64,000 nucleotides of DNA, from contig CAKZRQ010000012.1 in the NCBI GenBank assembly GCA_937146645.1, forward strand, positions 180,777 to 244,776. The letters run 5' to 3'. The stretch comes from an uncultured Cyclobacteriaceae bacterium. Its GTDB lineage: Bacteria; Bacteroidota; Bacteroidia; Cytophagales; Cyclobacteriaceae. A model generated the notes under the pieces. It was not told the DNA's origin. It made no database searches and saw nothing but the letters and a program-made list of their open reading frames with translations. Positions 21,182 to 29,405 of this stretch are shown piece after piece (positions within the stretch are counted from its first letter, which is position 1; each line of letters begins with the position of its first letter). The translations under genes and the position numbers were made by a program.

Positions 21182-21391
21182 GTTTTTTGTTTTAGGTCTG
21201 GTTTGAGGATCACAAAGTTAGATTTTCTCATAGAAAATTTAGAGTTAATAATCTAAAAGCAACATTTTTTGCATTTGAAGCAAACCAGTTTCTTCAAAGA
21301 GGTGTTTACTCATGGATTGTCGCAAAAAGCAAGCTTTATTAAACTTTGAGCCTTATTTTTGCCAAAATTTCAAATGAGCTAATTCACAGGA

Positions 21392-22486
21392 ATGTTTAAC
21401 CTATTCAAAAAGAAAAAACCAGAAGCTGCTTCAAACCCTTATTTGGCATTGAAAGTAAGAGAAGTTGTGAGAGAGACATCAGAAACAGTGTCTTTGTATT
21501 TTGAGCAACCAGAACCTCATTTGGAATACAAACCAGGGCAGTTCCTGACTTTGGTCATGGAGTTTGAGGGTAAAGAAGAAAGACGTTCTTACAGCCTATG
21601 CACTTCACCCTATGTGGATTCTTTTCCTGGTATTTCTGTGAAGAGAGTAGAAGGGGGTCTTTTCTCAAACCATTTGAATGATAAAATCTTCCCTGGCAAA
21701 ACGATTAACGTTTTGGAACCGATGGGGAATTTCACAACTGAATTCCATTCTCAAAATCAGAGACATTTGGTGATGATTGCTGGAGGAAGTGGAATAACTC
21801 CAATCATGGGAATCCTGAAATCTACACTTATCAACGAACCGAATTCGAAGGTGACCCTTCTTTACTGCAGCCGTAATGAGGAGCAGATAATTTTTAGAGA
21901 TGCGCTTAGCGAATTGGAAAAGAAAGAGGAGGGAAGATTAGAAGTAATTCATATTTTGAGTCAACCTCAAGCTGGATGGACGGGAATTACCGGAAGAATC
22001 ACGAAGGAGCTTATCACGGCGGAAGTGGCTAAGGCTGAAGCGGATGAATCCTTTAAAGCGGAGTATTTCGTCTGCGGGCCAGAAGGAATCATGGATCAGT
22101 CCATTGATGTAATGGAGGCACAGGGAATTGAAAAGGATAGAATTAATCGCGAAAGCTTCTATTCTTCTGCTGTCGAAGAAGAAAAATCATCTTCAGCTAA
22201 GTCTGGTGGATTAACCAGAGAAGTGCAAGTGGTTTTGGAAGGGGAAGAGCATACAGTGGAGGTATCTCCTGAAAAAACTATTCTTGAGGCTGGATTGGAC
22301 CAAATGCTTGATATGCCCTATAGTTGTCAAAGTGGACTTTGCACGGCTTGCCGTGGCAGACTATTGAATGGAGAAGTGAAGATGGTAGAGGATGCAGGTC
22401 TCAGTGACAAAGAAAAGGCGGATGGATATATCCTCTGCTGTGTATCCAAGCCTTTGACAGATGATGTCAAAGTCACCATCGAGTAA
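21392..22486 (+). CDS. FAD/NAD(P)-binding oxidoreductase with C-terminal plant-type 2Fe-2S ferredoxin domain (PaaE/phthalate-dioxygenase-reductase-like)
   Basis: FAD-binding RRSYSL motif, NAD-binding MIAGGSGITP, and C-terminal cluster ligands CQSGLCTACRGRL...CC. Confidence 0.75.
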   Translation: MFNLFKKKKPEAASNPYLALKVREVVRETSETVSLYFEQPEPHLEYKPGQFLTLVMEFEGKEERRSYSLCTSPYVDSFPGISVKRVEGGLFSNHLNDKIFPGKTINVLEPMGNFTTEFHSQNQRHLVMIAGGSGITPIMGILKSTLINEPNSKVTLLYCSRNEEQIIFRDALSELEKKEEGRLEVIHILSQPQAGWTGITGRITKELITAEVAKAEADESFKAEYFVCGPEGIMDQSIDVMEAQGIEKDRINRESFYSSAVEEEKSSSAKSGGLTREVQVVLEGEEHTVEVSPEKTILEAGLDQMLDMPYSCQSGLCTACRGRLLNGEVKMVEDAGLSDKEKADGYILCCVSKPLTDDVKVTIE

Positions 22487-22489
22487 ACT

Positions 22490-22978
22490 GTGGAAATAAG
22501 GGATTTACGGAAATTATATAAGGTCGTCGAGGTACGGCTTTTAATCATGTTGGGTCTGACGCTACCTATTTTTGGTGTGGTTTACCTCTACTATAACTCT
22601 GGTAATCTGAGTTGGGAGCTACCGGCTTTGTCTACCACAGTCGAAATAACCATGTTAGGTTTGGGAGTTTTTCTTTTGCTCGCGCAATTTTTACTCTATC
22701 GAAAGCGATTCAAGAGAGTATTTCAAACAGAAGATTTGCATCAAAAAATGACTATTTATAGTCAGGCGGCTCTTCAGCGCATTCATATTTTGACCGTCTC
22801 TTGTCTGGTAGATGCCGCAGGGCTGTTGCTTTTCAAGAATCCATTATTCGTGGTCTTTTTTGCGGTGACATTGGTTTTCTTCTCTTTGGCAAAGCCGAGT
22901 CCTGACAGGATAATAAGAACGATGAAACTCAGTAAGTCAGATGGAGACTTAATTCGCCAGGCATCCAGGCCTGAATGA
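22490..22978 (+). CDS. Hypothetical membrane protein
   Basis: ORF starting 3 nt after the reductase stop. It has four hydrophobic segments and no recognisable motif. Start uncertain (GTG 22490 or ATG 22547). Confidence 0.3.
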   Translation: MEIRDLRKLYKVVEVRLLIMLGLTLPIFGVVYLYYNSGNLSWELPALSTTVEITMLGLGVFLLLAQFLLYRKRFKRVFQTEDLHQKMTIYSQAALQRIHILTVSCLVDAAGLLLFKNPLFVVFFAVTLVFFSLAKPSPDRIIRTMKLSKSDGDLIRQASRPE

Positions 22979-22983
22979 GCCAT

Positions 22984-23012
22984 AAAAAAAGCGCTCAAAT
23001 ACGAGCGCTTTC
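22984..23012. terminator. Hairpin terminator between convergent genes (best for the minus-strand ECF operon)
   Basis: Stem AGCGCTC (22990-22996) pairs with GAGCGCT (23003-23009) around a 6-nt loop. The A6 run at 22984-22989 reads as a T-run on the minus strand, downstream of the 23037 gene end. Confidence 0.65.
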
Positions 23013-23036
23013 TAAATAGGCTAGGTAGAGCCAGGT

Positions 23037-23969
23037 TTAGTTTTCAATTACAATTTTTCCTGAGGAAATATTTCCTTCAATAGTTGCTGAAGCTCCATTG
23101 TCGATCTTCAAGGTTTTTGTGGTTGATGAGTTACCCACTACCACTCGGCCAGAAGATGCTTTGAGGTTATAGTTAAAATCCTGAAGATTAGAAGGAGTAG
23201 TAATCCTGAAACCACCGGATGTGCCACTAAATGAAGTTTCAGAGCCTAGTCCTGCATTTTCAGCTCTGATATTGCCAGAAGTAAATTTCAATCTACCAAG
23301 CTCTCCTATATTCTCAAGTTTGGCATTGCCAGAAGTAAAGCTGGCACTCAGCCTTCCACCTACTTCCATGGCTGTTAGGCTTCCACTGGTAGCCTTGTAT
23401 TCAACAGACCCAGATACATCTTCAATAGTTGCATTGCCGCTAGTAACGCCAGCTACCACATCTCCATCAACACCGCTAACCTTTAGATTTCCGGAAGTCG
23501 CTTTGATCGTAAGATCACCACCGATATCCAGAGCGGATATCTTTCCAGAACTTACACTAAGTTTTGTGTGATCGCTATTCACCTTTGAGACAGCGATTTT
23601 TCCCGAACTATTTTTAACATAAACTTCTATGTCATGAGGTCCAGTAATATTGATATAGCCTTCGTTTTTGTTATTCCATGAATAGCTATTCCTCTTATCT
23701 CTTTTGTATTGAATTTTTAATACATCACCAACGGTTACAAATAAGATATCCTGATCATCATCATTGGATTTAAGATATGCTTCCACGTCAACATCACTTC
23801 CGGATCCACCTTCATAATTGACATCAAGCCATCCTCCTTCTACTTCTACTCTTGAGATACCAGGATAGCTTTTGGTAACGTCCACAAGAACGTCCTGAGC
23901 AAATGCGCTCACCGCAATCATAGCTAGTAGTGCAGTGGCATAAATTGATTTTGTGTAAGTTTTCATCAT
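23037..23969 (-). CDS. Exported DUF4097-like beta-helix repeat protein (putative adhesin-type fold)
   Basis: Signal peptide ...AVSAFAQ. There are about 8 tandem units of roughly 20 aa built on TSGN/SSGK (SSGKISALDIGGDL, ATSGNLKVSGVDGDV, VTSGNATIEDVSGSV, ATSGSLTAMEVGGRL, FTSGNAKLENIGELG, FTSGNIRAENAGLGS, ISSGKIVIEN). Confidence 0.65.
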   Translation of the reverse strand: MMKTYTKSIYATALLAMIAVSAFAQDVLVDVTKSYPGISRVEVEGGWLDVNYEGGSGSDVDVEAYLKSNDDDQDILFVTVGDVLKIQYKRDKRNSYSWNNKNEGYINITGPHDIEVYVKNSSGKIAVSKVNSDHTKLSVSSGKISALDIGGDLTIKATSGNLKVSGVDGDVVAGVTSGNATIEDVSGSVEYKATSGSLTAMEVGGRLSASFTSGNAKLENIGELGRLKFTSGNIRAENAGLGSETSFSGTSGGFRITTPSNLQDFNYNLKASSGRVVVGNSSTTKTLKIDNGASATIEGNISSGKIVIEN

Positions 23970-23980
23970 GTGTAGGTTGT

Positions 23981-24826
23981 TTAGTCTAAGTCATTTGTTG
24001 TTATTCCAAAGCTAATCGCCTGAACCTGAGGCCCTAGATTTTCCTGGAATAGGTCATTCATGTCATAATTTATGTAAAAATTAATGGATCCCACACCCAC
24101 TTCACCTCTAACTCCATATCTGAAATCTTGAACGTACATGTTAGATTTTTCATAAAGCTTTTGCTTGTTTCCATCAAGATCATCGTAGACAAATTTTCCT
24201 CGTCCACCAATTCTATATCCCGCATATGCACCAACGCCCAATCTCAGTTTTTGGTTGCTGGTTTTTATGGTGGGAACCACTGTGAGGTTCACGAAGGATG
24301 CAGAGATTTTGGACTTGGTACCCACTCCATCTCCATTAAATTCTCGAAACTCCAATCCATCTGGGGTTTTTACAGCTATGGTATTTTTATCTTCAAATTT
24401 GAAATTGTACCAGGAAACGCCTGCCGTAGTTTTGATTTCGAAGTTTCTACCAAATGATTGGATGCCACTTAGATTCAAGGCTACATTCCAAGAACCCCAT
24501 GGTTTAACCTGGGGAGCATCGCTGTCCTGAGGCCAAATGTTTATTCCAAGGTCAGTTGCGATTCCGCCTCTGAAACTGTTTCTATTTCTGGATTTGATGG
24601 TTACTTCATTTCCATCACCTTCTTCAAAATCCAGTACCCATTTACCTTCTTCTGTTTTGGTGTAAGACCAGGAATCTCCAAAAACTGTGATGACCTTGTC
24701 TTTGGTATAGATCACGGTATCAGGCTCTGTTGGCTTAGTGGGCTTCTGTGGTTTCTCAGGTTCACTTTGCGCCCAAGCACTAACAGAAACTAGTAGAATC
24801 ATGCAAAGAGATAGGATAGTCTTCAT
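23981..24826 (-). CDS. Outer-membrane beta-barrel protein (paralogue B)
   Basis: Signal peptide ...VSAWAQ. Alternating aromatic beta-strand pattern ending in AISFGITTNDLD. The C-terminal ~150 aa align by eye with the upstream gene (GYRIGGRGKFVYDD...FRYGVRGEVGVGSINFYINYDMNDLFQ vs GYRLGGQSKFVYRE...FRYGVRGEIGFRSLTFFTTYDLNTLFQ). Confidence 0.6.
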   Translation of the reverse strand: MKTILSLCMILLVSVSAWAQSEPEKPQKPTKPTEPDTVIYTKDKVITVFGDSWSYTKTEEGKWVLDFEEGDGNEVTIKSRNRNSFRGGIATDLGINIWPQDSDAPQVKPWGSWNVALNLSGIQSFGRNFEIKTTAGVSWYNFKFEDKNTIAVKTPDGLEFREFNGDGVGTKSKISASFVNLTVVPTIKTSNQKLRLGVGAYAGYRIGGRGKFVYDDLDGNKQKLYEKSNMYVQDFRYGVRGEVGVGSINFYINYDMNDLFQENLGPQVQAISFGITTNDLD

Positions 24827-24877
24827 AATTCAAAAATTTAGGGGAAGGCAAGGGACCTTCCCCATTGTGGTTTAGTT

Positions 24878-25915
24878 TTACAATACGATTCCGAAAGTGA
24901 TGGCCTGTAACTCAGGTCCTTTCTCATCCTGGAAAAGGGTATTTAAATCATATGTTGTGAAGAATGTAAGGCTTCTAAATCCGATTTCTCCTCTCACACC
25001 ATATCTGAAGTTGTTAAGAAATAGTCCAGTAGCTTCTTTGTCCTTTTTTCTGCCGGAACCCCCTAGTTCTCTATAGACGAATTTAGATTGTCCTCCTAAT
25101 CGGTATCCGGCATATCCACCAGCTGCGATTCTTAGCCCTCTTCTTCCGTTATCATTCATTCTACCGAAGTCAAGCTCGAGCATGGTCTGCGCCATCAGAT
25201 AAGAGGCTGAAATCTTACTTTTAAATCCATCGACATCAGTTCTCTGCTCGAATTCAATCATGTCTTCACCTCTTACAGCCTGGAAGTCACGGTTCTCAAA
25301 CTTGAAGTTGTAGAAGTTGAATCCAAGACCAAAGTCCCAATAGAAGCCTTTCGAAATCCTCTGTGAAGCCATCCAGTTAAGGCCAACGTTCCAGCTTCCC
25401 CAGCCTTTAACTGCATAAGGTTTATCTGACGTTGGGAAGCTCCCATCGGCATCGAGATAGTTATTCACACCCAGGTCAATATCAAAATAGGTTCTGAAGG
25501 GTGGGTCGGATTTCTTTTTGAGTCCGGATTCGACTTTGACCTTTGTGTTTACTCCGGAATCGTCGACGAAAACTCGCATACCCCCGATATAAACTTCGGT
25601 GTTTAAGCCATCTTCACTTACCCGAACTACCTCTTTCATGTTTCCATCCTTATCACGGATCTCAACAATGGTTAAGTCTCCGGTATCTTCATTTTCAGCA
25701 AGATCAAGTTCCCTAACGATTTCATTAATATTCATCGTCTTGAGCTTTTCGAAATCTTCTTTGTTGTCAACGATGATGACAACTTTACCTGATTTCCCGA
25801 ATTCTACGATCACAGAATCAGAGGATATCTGATGATCGATGGATGGCATGCTTGTCCCGGCGAATCCTACTTGAACCAGGGCCATTAGGCAAAATAATAG
25901 CAAGTACTTTTTCAT
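24878..25915 (-). CDS. Outer-membrane beta-barrel protein with extra N-terminal domain (paralogue A)
   Basis: Signal peptide MKKYLLLFCLMALVQVGFA. An N-terminal soluble region of about 130 aa precedes a barrel homologous to 23981-24826 (shared KGWGSWNV/KPWGSWNV, FYNFKFEN/WYNFKFED, terminal ITFGIVL/ISFGITT). Confidence 0.6.
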   Translation of the reverse strand: MKKYLLLFCLMALVQVGFAGTSMPSIDHQISSDSVIVEFGKSGKVVIIVDNKEDFEKLKTMNINEIVRELDLAENEDTGDLTIVEIRDKDGNMKEVVRVSEDGLNTEVYIGGMRVFVDDSGVNTKVKVESGLKKKSDPPFRTYFDIDLGVNNYLDADGSFPTSDKPYAVKGWGSWNVGLNWMASQRISKGFYWDFGLGFNFYNFKFENRDFQAVRGEDMIEFEQRTDVDGFKSKISASYLMAQTMLELDFGRMNDNGRRGLRIAAGGYAGYRLGGQSKFVYRELGGSGRKKDKEATGLFLNNFRYGVRGEIGFRSLTFFTTYDLNTLFQDEKGPELQAITFGIVL

Positions 25916-25951
25916 GATAGTGTATTTAATAAAGTTGGTGGTTTTAATTAT

Positions 25952-26746
25952 TTATGGTTTTTCAGTTGGTCGACCTTTCTTTGAGATCAGGTTATTAAAG
26001 AAGTCATCTTTTTTATCCTGAAGATCACCAAGTCCTTGTCCTGCTTTTCCTAGAAAGCCTTCAACTTGATTTACTCTCTTGCCAAGGCCGGCAATTAAAT
26101 TTTTATTTGGTGTGTCTTTAATCCCGTCAGAAATTATAGTCAGCTTATAACTGGTGCTCTCATTCGGAGTTTCAGCCACGGATGACTCAGCAGTCTCTAT
26201 CACATTTATTTCTAAAGGTGCTTCAGCAATCAGAGGTCTTTCCACATCGAAAGTCATCCTCACAGGTTCTTCAACAATCTCCCGGTTATTTATCGCCTCT
26301 TCCTGTACCTCTTCTTTTTCTTCTGGAGTATTGACTGCCAGATATTGAATTGGTTTGGTCGAGCTATCTTCCTTTTTCTTTGTAACAGGAGCAGGAGCAT
26401 TCTCCACTTCCTTAACTTCAGGTGTCTCTATCACCATGTCTGGTTCTGCCTCTTCCTCAATTACCACATTGGTGTTTGAGGATTCGTTGCTCTCTTCAAT
26501 TACTTGAGTATTTTGATCAGCGACAAAATCTCCATTTTCAGTTTGATCTGTACTTTGGAATATTGAGTAGCTGGCTACAAGTACCAGGATTACTGCCGCA
26601 GCGGCCCACCAATAAGTTTTGGGCTCTTTTTGCTTTTTTGGCAGCTGATTCTCTAGTCTTTCCCAAGCAAGCTGACTAGGCTTTATTTCGTGATGGCTAA
26701 GCTTTTCTTCAAAAAGCTTGTCCAAATTTTTAGGTGCATTAGCCAT
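25952..26746 (-). CDS. Single-pass membrane protein, putative anti-sigma factor partner of the ECF sigma
   Basis: It overlaps the sigma gene stop by 8 nt. A short cytoplasmic N-terminus (about 44 aa) is followed by one TM helix (YWWAAAAVILVLVASYSIF) and a Glu-rich low-complexity extracytoplasmic region. The role is inferred from position only. Confidence 0.4.
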   Translation of the reverse strand: MANAPKNLDKLFEEKLSHHEIKPSQLAWERLENQLPKKQKEPKTYWWAAAAVILVLVASYSIFQSTDQTENGDFVADQNTQVIEESNESSNTNVVIEEEAEPDMVIETPEVKEVENAPAPVTKKKEDSSTKPIQYLAVNTPEEKEEVQEEAINNREIVEEPVRMTFDVERPLIAEAPLEINVIETAESSVAETPNESTSYKLTIISDGIKDTPNKNLIAGLGKRVNQVEGFLGKAGQGLGDLQDKKDDFFNNLISKKGRPTEKP

Positions 26747-27311
26747 TGATTCTCCTTTCGTTTAATTGTTGGGCGATAATCTGATTTTTCAAAACGTTTC
26801 GAGCTCGATTCAATTGAGACTTCGAGGTGCTTTCCGTAATTCCTAGTAGCTCAGCGATCTCTTTATGAGAGTAGCCTTCGATTGCATACAAGTTGAACAC
26901 GGTCCGATATCCTACTGGCAAGCTTTTAACTAAGGTCATAAGCTCTTCAGCTTCCAAGTGATTAGTCTCGTAATGTTGGTTATCTGGAAAAGAAGAATCC
27001 TGTTCTACATGCACCTCCATCATTAGGTGCTTATTGCTTCTTAGTTTCATCAAAGCTTGTGTAACCATGATTCTTTTCATCCATCCTTCAAAACTTCCCT
27101 TTCCCTGGAACTGAGGTAGTTTGTCAAAAATTTTCATAAAACCTTCGATCATTACATCCTCAGCATGCTCTCTGTCTTTTAAATACCTAAGACAGATGGC
27201 TAGAAACTTTCCGGAATAGGACTCATACAAATGTCTCTGAGCGAGTCGGTCTCCTTTCAGGCATCCCTGTATGAGTCCAGCTTCTTCCGAAAAATTTGAG
27301 TTGTTAAACAT
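26739..27311 (-). CDS. ECF-type RNA polymerase sigma-70 factor
   Basis: 190 aa. Region 2 is RHLYESYSGKFLAICLRYLKDREHAEDVMIEGFMKIF. Region 4 HTH is YRTVFNLYAIEGYSHKEIAELLGITESTSKSQLNRARNVLK. Confidence 0.85.
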   Translation of the reverse strand: MFNNSNFSEEAGLIQGCLKGDRLAQRHLYESYSGKFLAICLRYLKDREHAEDVMIEGFMKIFDKLPQFQGKGSFEGWMKRIMVTQALMKLRSNKHLMMEVHVEQDSSFPDNQHYETNHLEAEELMTLVKSLPVGYRTVFNLYAIEGYSHKEIAELLGITESTSKSQLNRARNVLKNQIIAQQLNERRING

Positions 27312-27459
27312 GTTGGTTGGCTTTCAAATAGGTAGATGTCAGGTATGCCAAATTAGTTGCTCAGATATTGTAAAAAACTTTAACTTTTTTTGAAAAAATC
27401 ATCTAACTAATTGAAAATCAATAATTAAAAAATCTAAAAAGATGAAGATTTTCTTAAAA

Positions 27460-27930
27460 TTAGTAGGCTGCTTTATAGTCAATGAGAATTTCTAACTCTA
27501 CCCATTCACCATTTTTTATGTATACAGGTTGAATATTTCCATCTGTGTCGAAGCGATTTGCAAAAAGGCCATCTTCCTCTTTTGTGAAGATTGAGTAAGC
27601 ACCAGGTTCAAGCTGAATAGAGAATGCACCGTCCTTGTCAGATTCAATTTCTTTGATTGGTTCTGCTGCCAAAGATTTAAAGAGCCCATTTTCCATAGTA
27701 GCATCGCCCAGATTTACTAATGGGCAAATGATCAGGGTGCGCTGTACTTTCTCTTTCTGTCTTCTCACCTCATCACCTTCCTCAGAAATGACTGGCATTT
27801 GATTTCCTTCCAGCCAATAAATCTGGCCATTGACACCCTGATCACCATTTTTCATTACTGCACATGATGAAAAAATAAGTATTGCAATGATGAACCAGGT
27901 TCTTCCTTTTTCGAATATTTCTTTAATCAT
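27460..27930 (-). CDS. Small lipoprotein with CarboxypepD_reg-like beta-sandwich
   Basis: Lipobox ILIFSSC after a charged N-terminus. DKDGAFSIQLEPGAYSIF matches the D-x-G-x-F...pG-x-Y signature of carboxypeptidase-regulatory-like domains. The ATG overlaps the upstream TGA (ATGA, 27927-27930). Confidence 0.45.
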   Translation of the reverse strand: MIKEIFEKGRTWFIIAILIFSSCAVMKNGDQGVNGQIYWLEGNQMPVISEEGDEVRRQKEKVQRTLIICPLVNLGDATMENGLFKSLAAEPIKEIESDKDGAFSIQLEPGAYSIFTKEEDGLFANRFDTDGNIQPVYIKNGEWVELEILIDYKAAY

Positions 27931-29327
27931 ATGTTTCTAAAAAGCATAAATGATTCCAGATAGTTAGGGATTATCGTGTTCCAGCCAAGATCTGTTTTCA
28001 GTTTTTCCGCTAGAGTCTCTGATCCTTTCCCTTCTCCATGTACTATAAAGGCTAATTTCGGTTTGTCGGTAAACCCCTCTGCCCAATCCAACAATTCATC
28101 TTGATCCGCATGGGCTGAAAGACCTTGAATCTGATGAATGGATGCTTTGACTTCTAATTCCTGACCAAATATATTGATATAGGGTTCTTTGTCCACAAGG
28201 CGCCTTCCTCGTGTTCCTTCTGCCTGATATCCCACGAAAATGACTCCATTTTTCTCTGATCTGAGATGATGGTATAAATGATGAAGAACTCTTCCTCCTG
28301 TAGCCATTCCACTAGCGGAAACAATGATCGCATTTCCGCTATATTCATTGAGCTTCCTTGATTCTTGGGCCCTACTTATGAAGTGAAGATTTTTATGTTG
28401 GAACGGATGCTGATCCTTCTCATCAAGAACAGCAATCAATTTGTGATCCTGATGAAACTGTTCATAGACTTCAGTCGCATTTATGGCCATCGGAGAGTCT
28501 AGGAAGATAGGTGCTTCAGGTATTCTGCCTGATCTCATAAGCTGATATAAGTAGTAAAGAACAAGCTGTGTTCTTCCCACTGAGAATGCAGGAATAAGTA
28601 CTACCCCACCTCGGTTGAATATGGATAGAACGTGTTCGGCAAGTTCTTTCTGTGGCTTCACAGCTTGAGAAATTCTATCCCCATATGTTGACTCAATCCA
28701 AACTACATCTGCTTTAGGAATAACTGTAGGTGGATACAAAATTGGGTCCTTGTATCTTCCCAAATCTCCACTAAATACAAGGGTTTTAGATTGCTTTTCG
28801 CCTTGAATTTTCACTTTGACTGATGCCGCGCCAAGAATATGACCGGAGAAATAAAAGGTCACCTGCACTTTTGGATCTATTTCAAATGAGCTATTAAATG
28901 GCTTTCCCACGAACAAGGGGAAAACATCTTCTGCATCTTTTCTGGTATAAAGAGGTGCTGGGTCCTTATGCCTTGAATAGCCCTTTTTTCTTGCAAATTC
29001 AGCTTCCTCTTCCTGAAGTTTACCAGAGTCCAAAAGCAGGATTTTAGCTAGCTCAATTGTTGATTCTGTAGCGTAGATCGGGCCAGAAAATCCTTGCTTT
29101 ACTAGTCTTGGTAAATAGCCGATATGATCCAAATGGGCATGAGTAAGTATAATAGCCTCCATTTCTGGAAGAGGCATCGGGAATTTATCCCAATTTCTTT
29201 CCCTTAGGTTACGCCTTCCCTGAAAAAGCCCACAGTCCACCAGGAATTCGAACTCACCAATATCAATCAAATACTTTGAGCCCGTTACTGATTTGGCTCC
29301 TCCTAAAAATTTCGCCGTTATATCCAT
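27927..29327 (-). CDS. MBL-fold beta-CASP family hydrolase (RNase J/CPSF-like RNA-metabolising enzyme)
   Basis: 466 aa. Metallo-beta-lactamase motif LTHAHLDHIGYLP, with downstream beta-CASP region and RNA-specificity-type C-terminus (GLSAHADQDELLDW, FIVHGE). Confidence 0.75.
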   Translation of the reverse strand: MDITAKFLGGAKSVTGSKYLIDIGEFEFLVDCGLFQGRRNLRERNWDKFPMPLPEMEAIILTHAHLDHIGYLPRLVKQGFSGPIYATESTIELAKILLLDSGKLQEEEAEFARKKGYSRHKDPAPLYTRKDAEDVFPLFVGKPFNSSFEIDPKVQVTFYFSGHILGAASVKVKIQGEKQSKTLVFSGDLGRYKDPILYPPTVIPKADVVWIESTYGDRISQAVKPQKELAEHVLSIFNRGGVVLIPAFSVGRTQLVLYYLYQLMRSGRIPEAPIFLDSPMAINATEVYEQFHQDHKLIAVLDEKDQHPFQHKNLHFISRAQESRKLNEYSGNAIIVSASGMATGGRVLHHLYHHLRSEKNGVIFVGYQAEGTRGRRLVDKEPYINIFGQELEVKASIHQIQGLSAHADQDELLDWAEGFTDKPKLAFIVHGEGKGSETLAEKLKTDLGWNTIIPNYLESFMLFRNI

Positions 29328-29350
29328 GTTGAATTCTTTTCAGAAGATAC

Positions 29351-29384
29351 AAAAAAAGGGGCATCCAAATGGAGCCCCTTTTTT
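29351..29384 (-). terminator. Rho-independent terminator ending the padR-pspC operon
   Basis: Stem GGGGC (29358-29362) pairs with GCCCC (29374-29378), flanked by A7 (29351-29357) and T6 (29379-29384). On the minus strand it lies 20-55 nt after the stop at 29406 and is followed by a T-run. Confidence 0.7.
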
Positions 29385-29405
29385 CGAGTTGGTGGTTGGT
29401 TTTAC

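Noticed and set aside
21312-21377. 21-codon ORF (MDCRKKQALLNFEPYFCQNFK) upstream of the ferredoxin-reductase gene.
   Set aside because: It is too short and has no obvious ribosome-binding context or conservation evidence. It cannot be supported from sequence alone.
23221-23571. 116-aa plus-strand ORF antisense to the DUF4097-like gene (also 24128-24530, 25599-25832, 26154-26679).
   Set aside because: These are shadow ORFs opposite repetitive or low-complexity coding sequence. They are Ser/Pro/Leu-rich, have no motif, and are fully nested in well-supported minus-strand genes.
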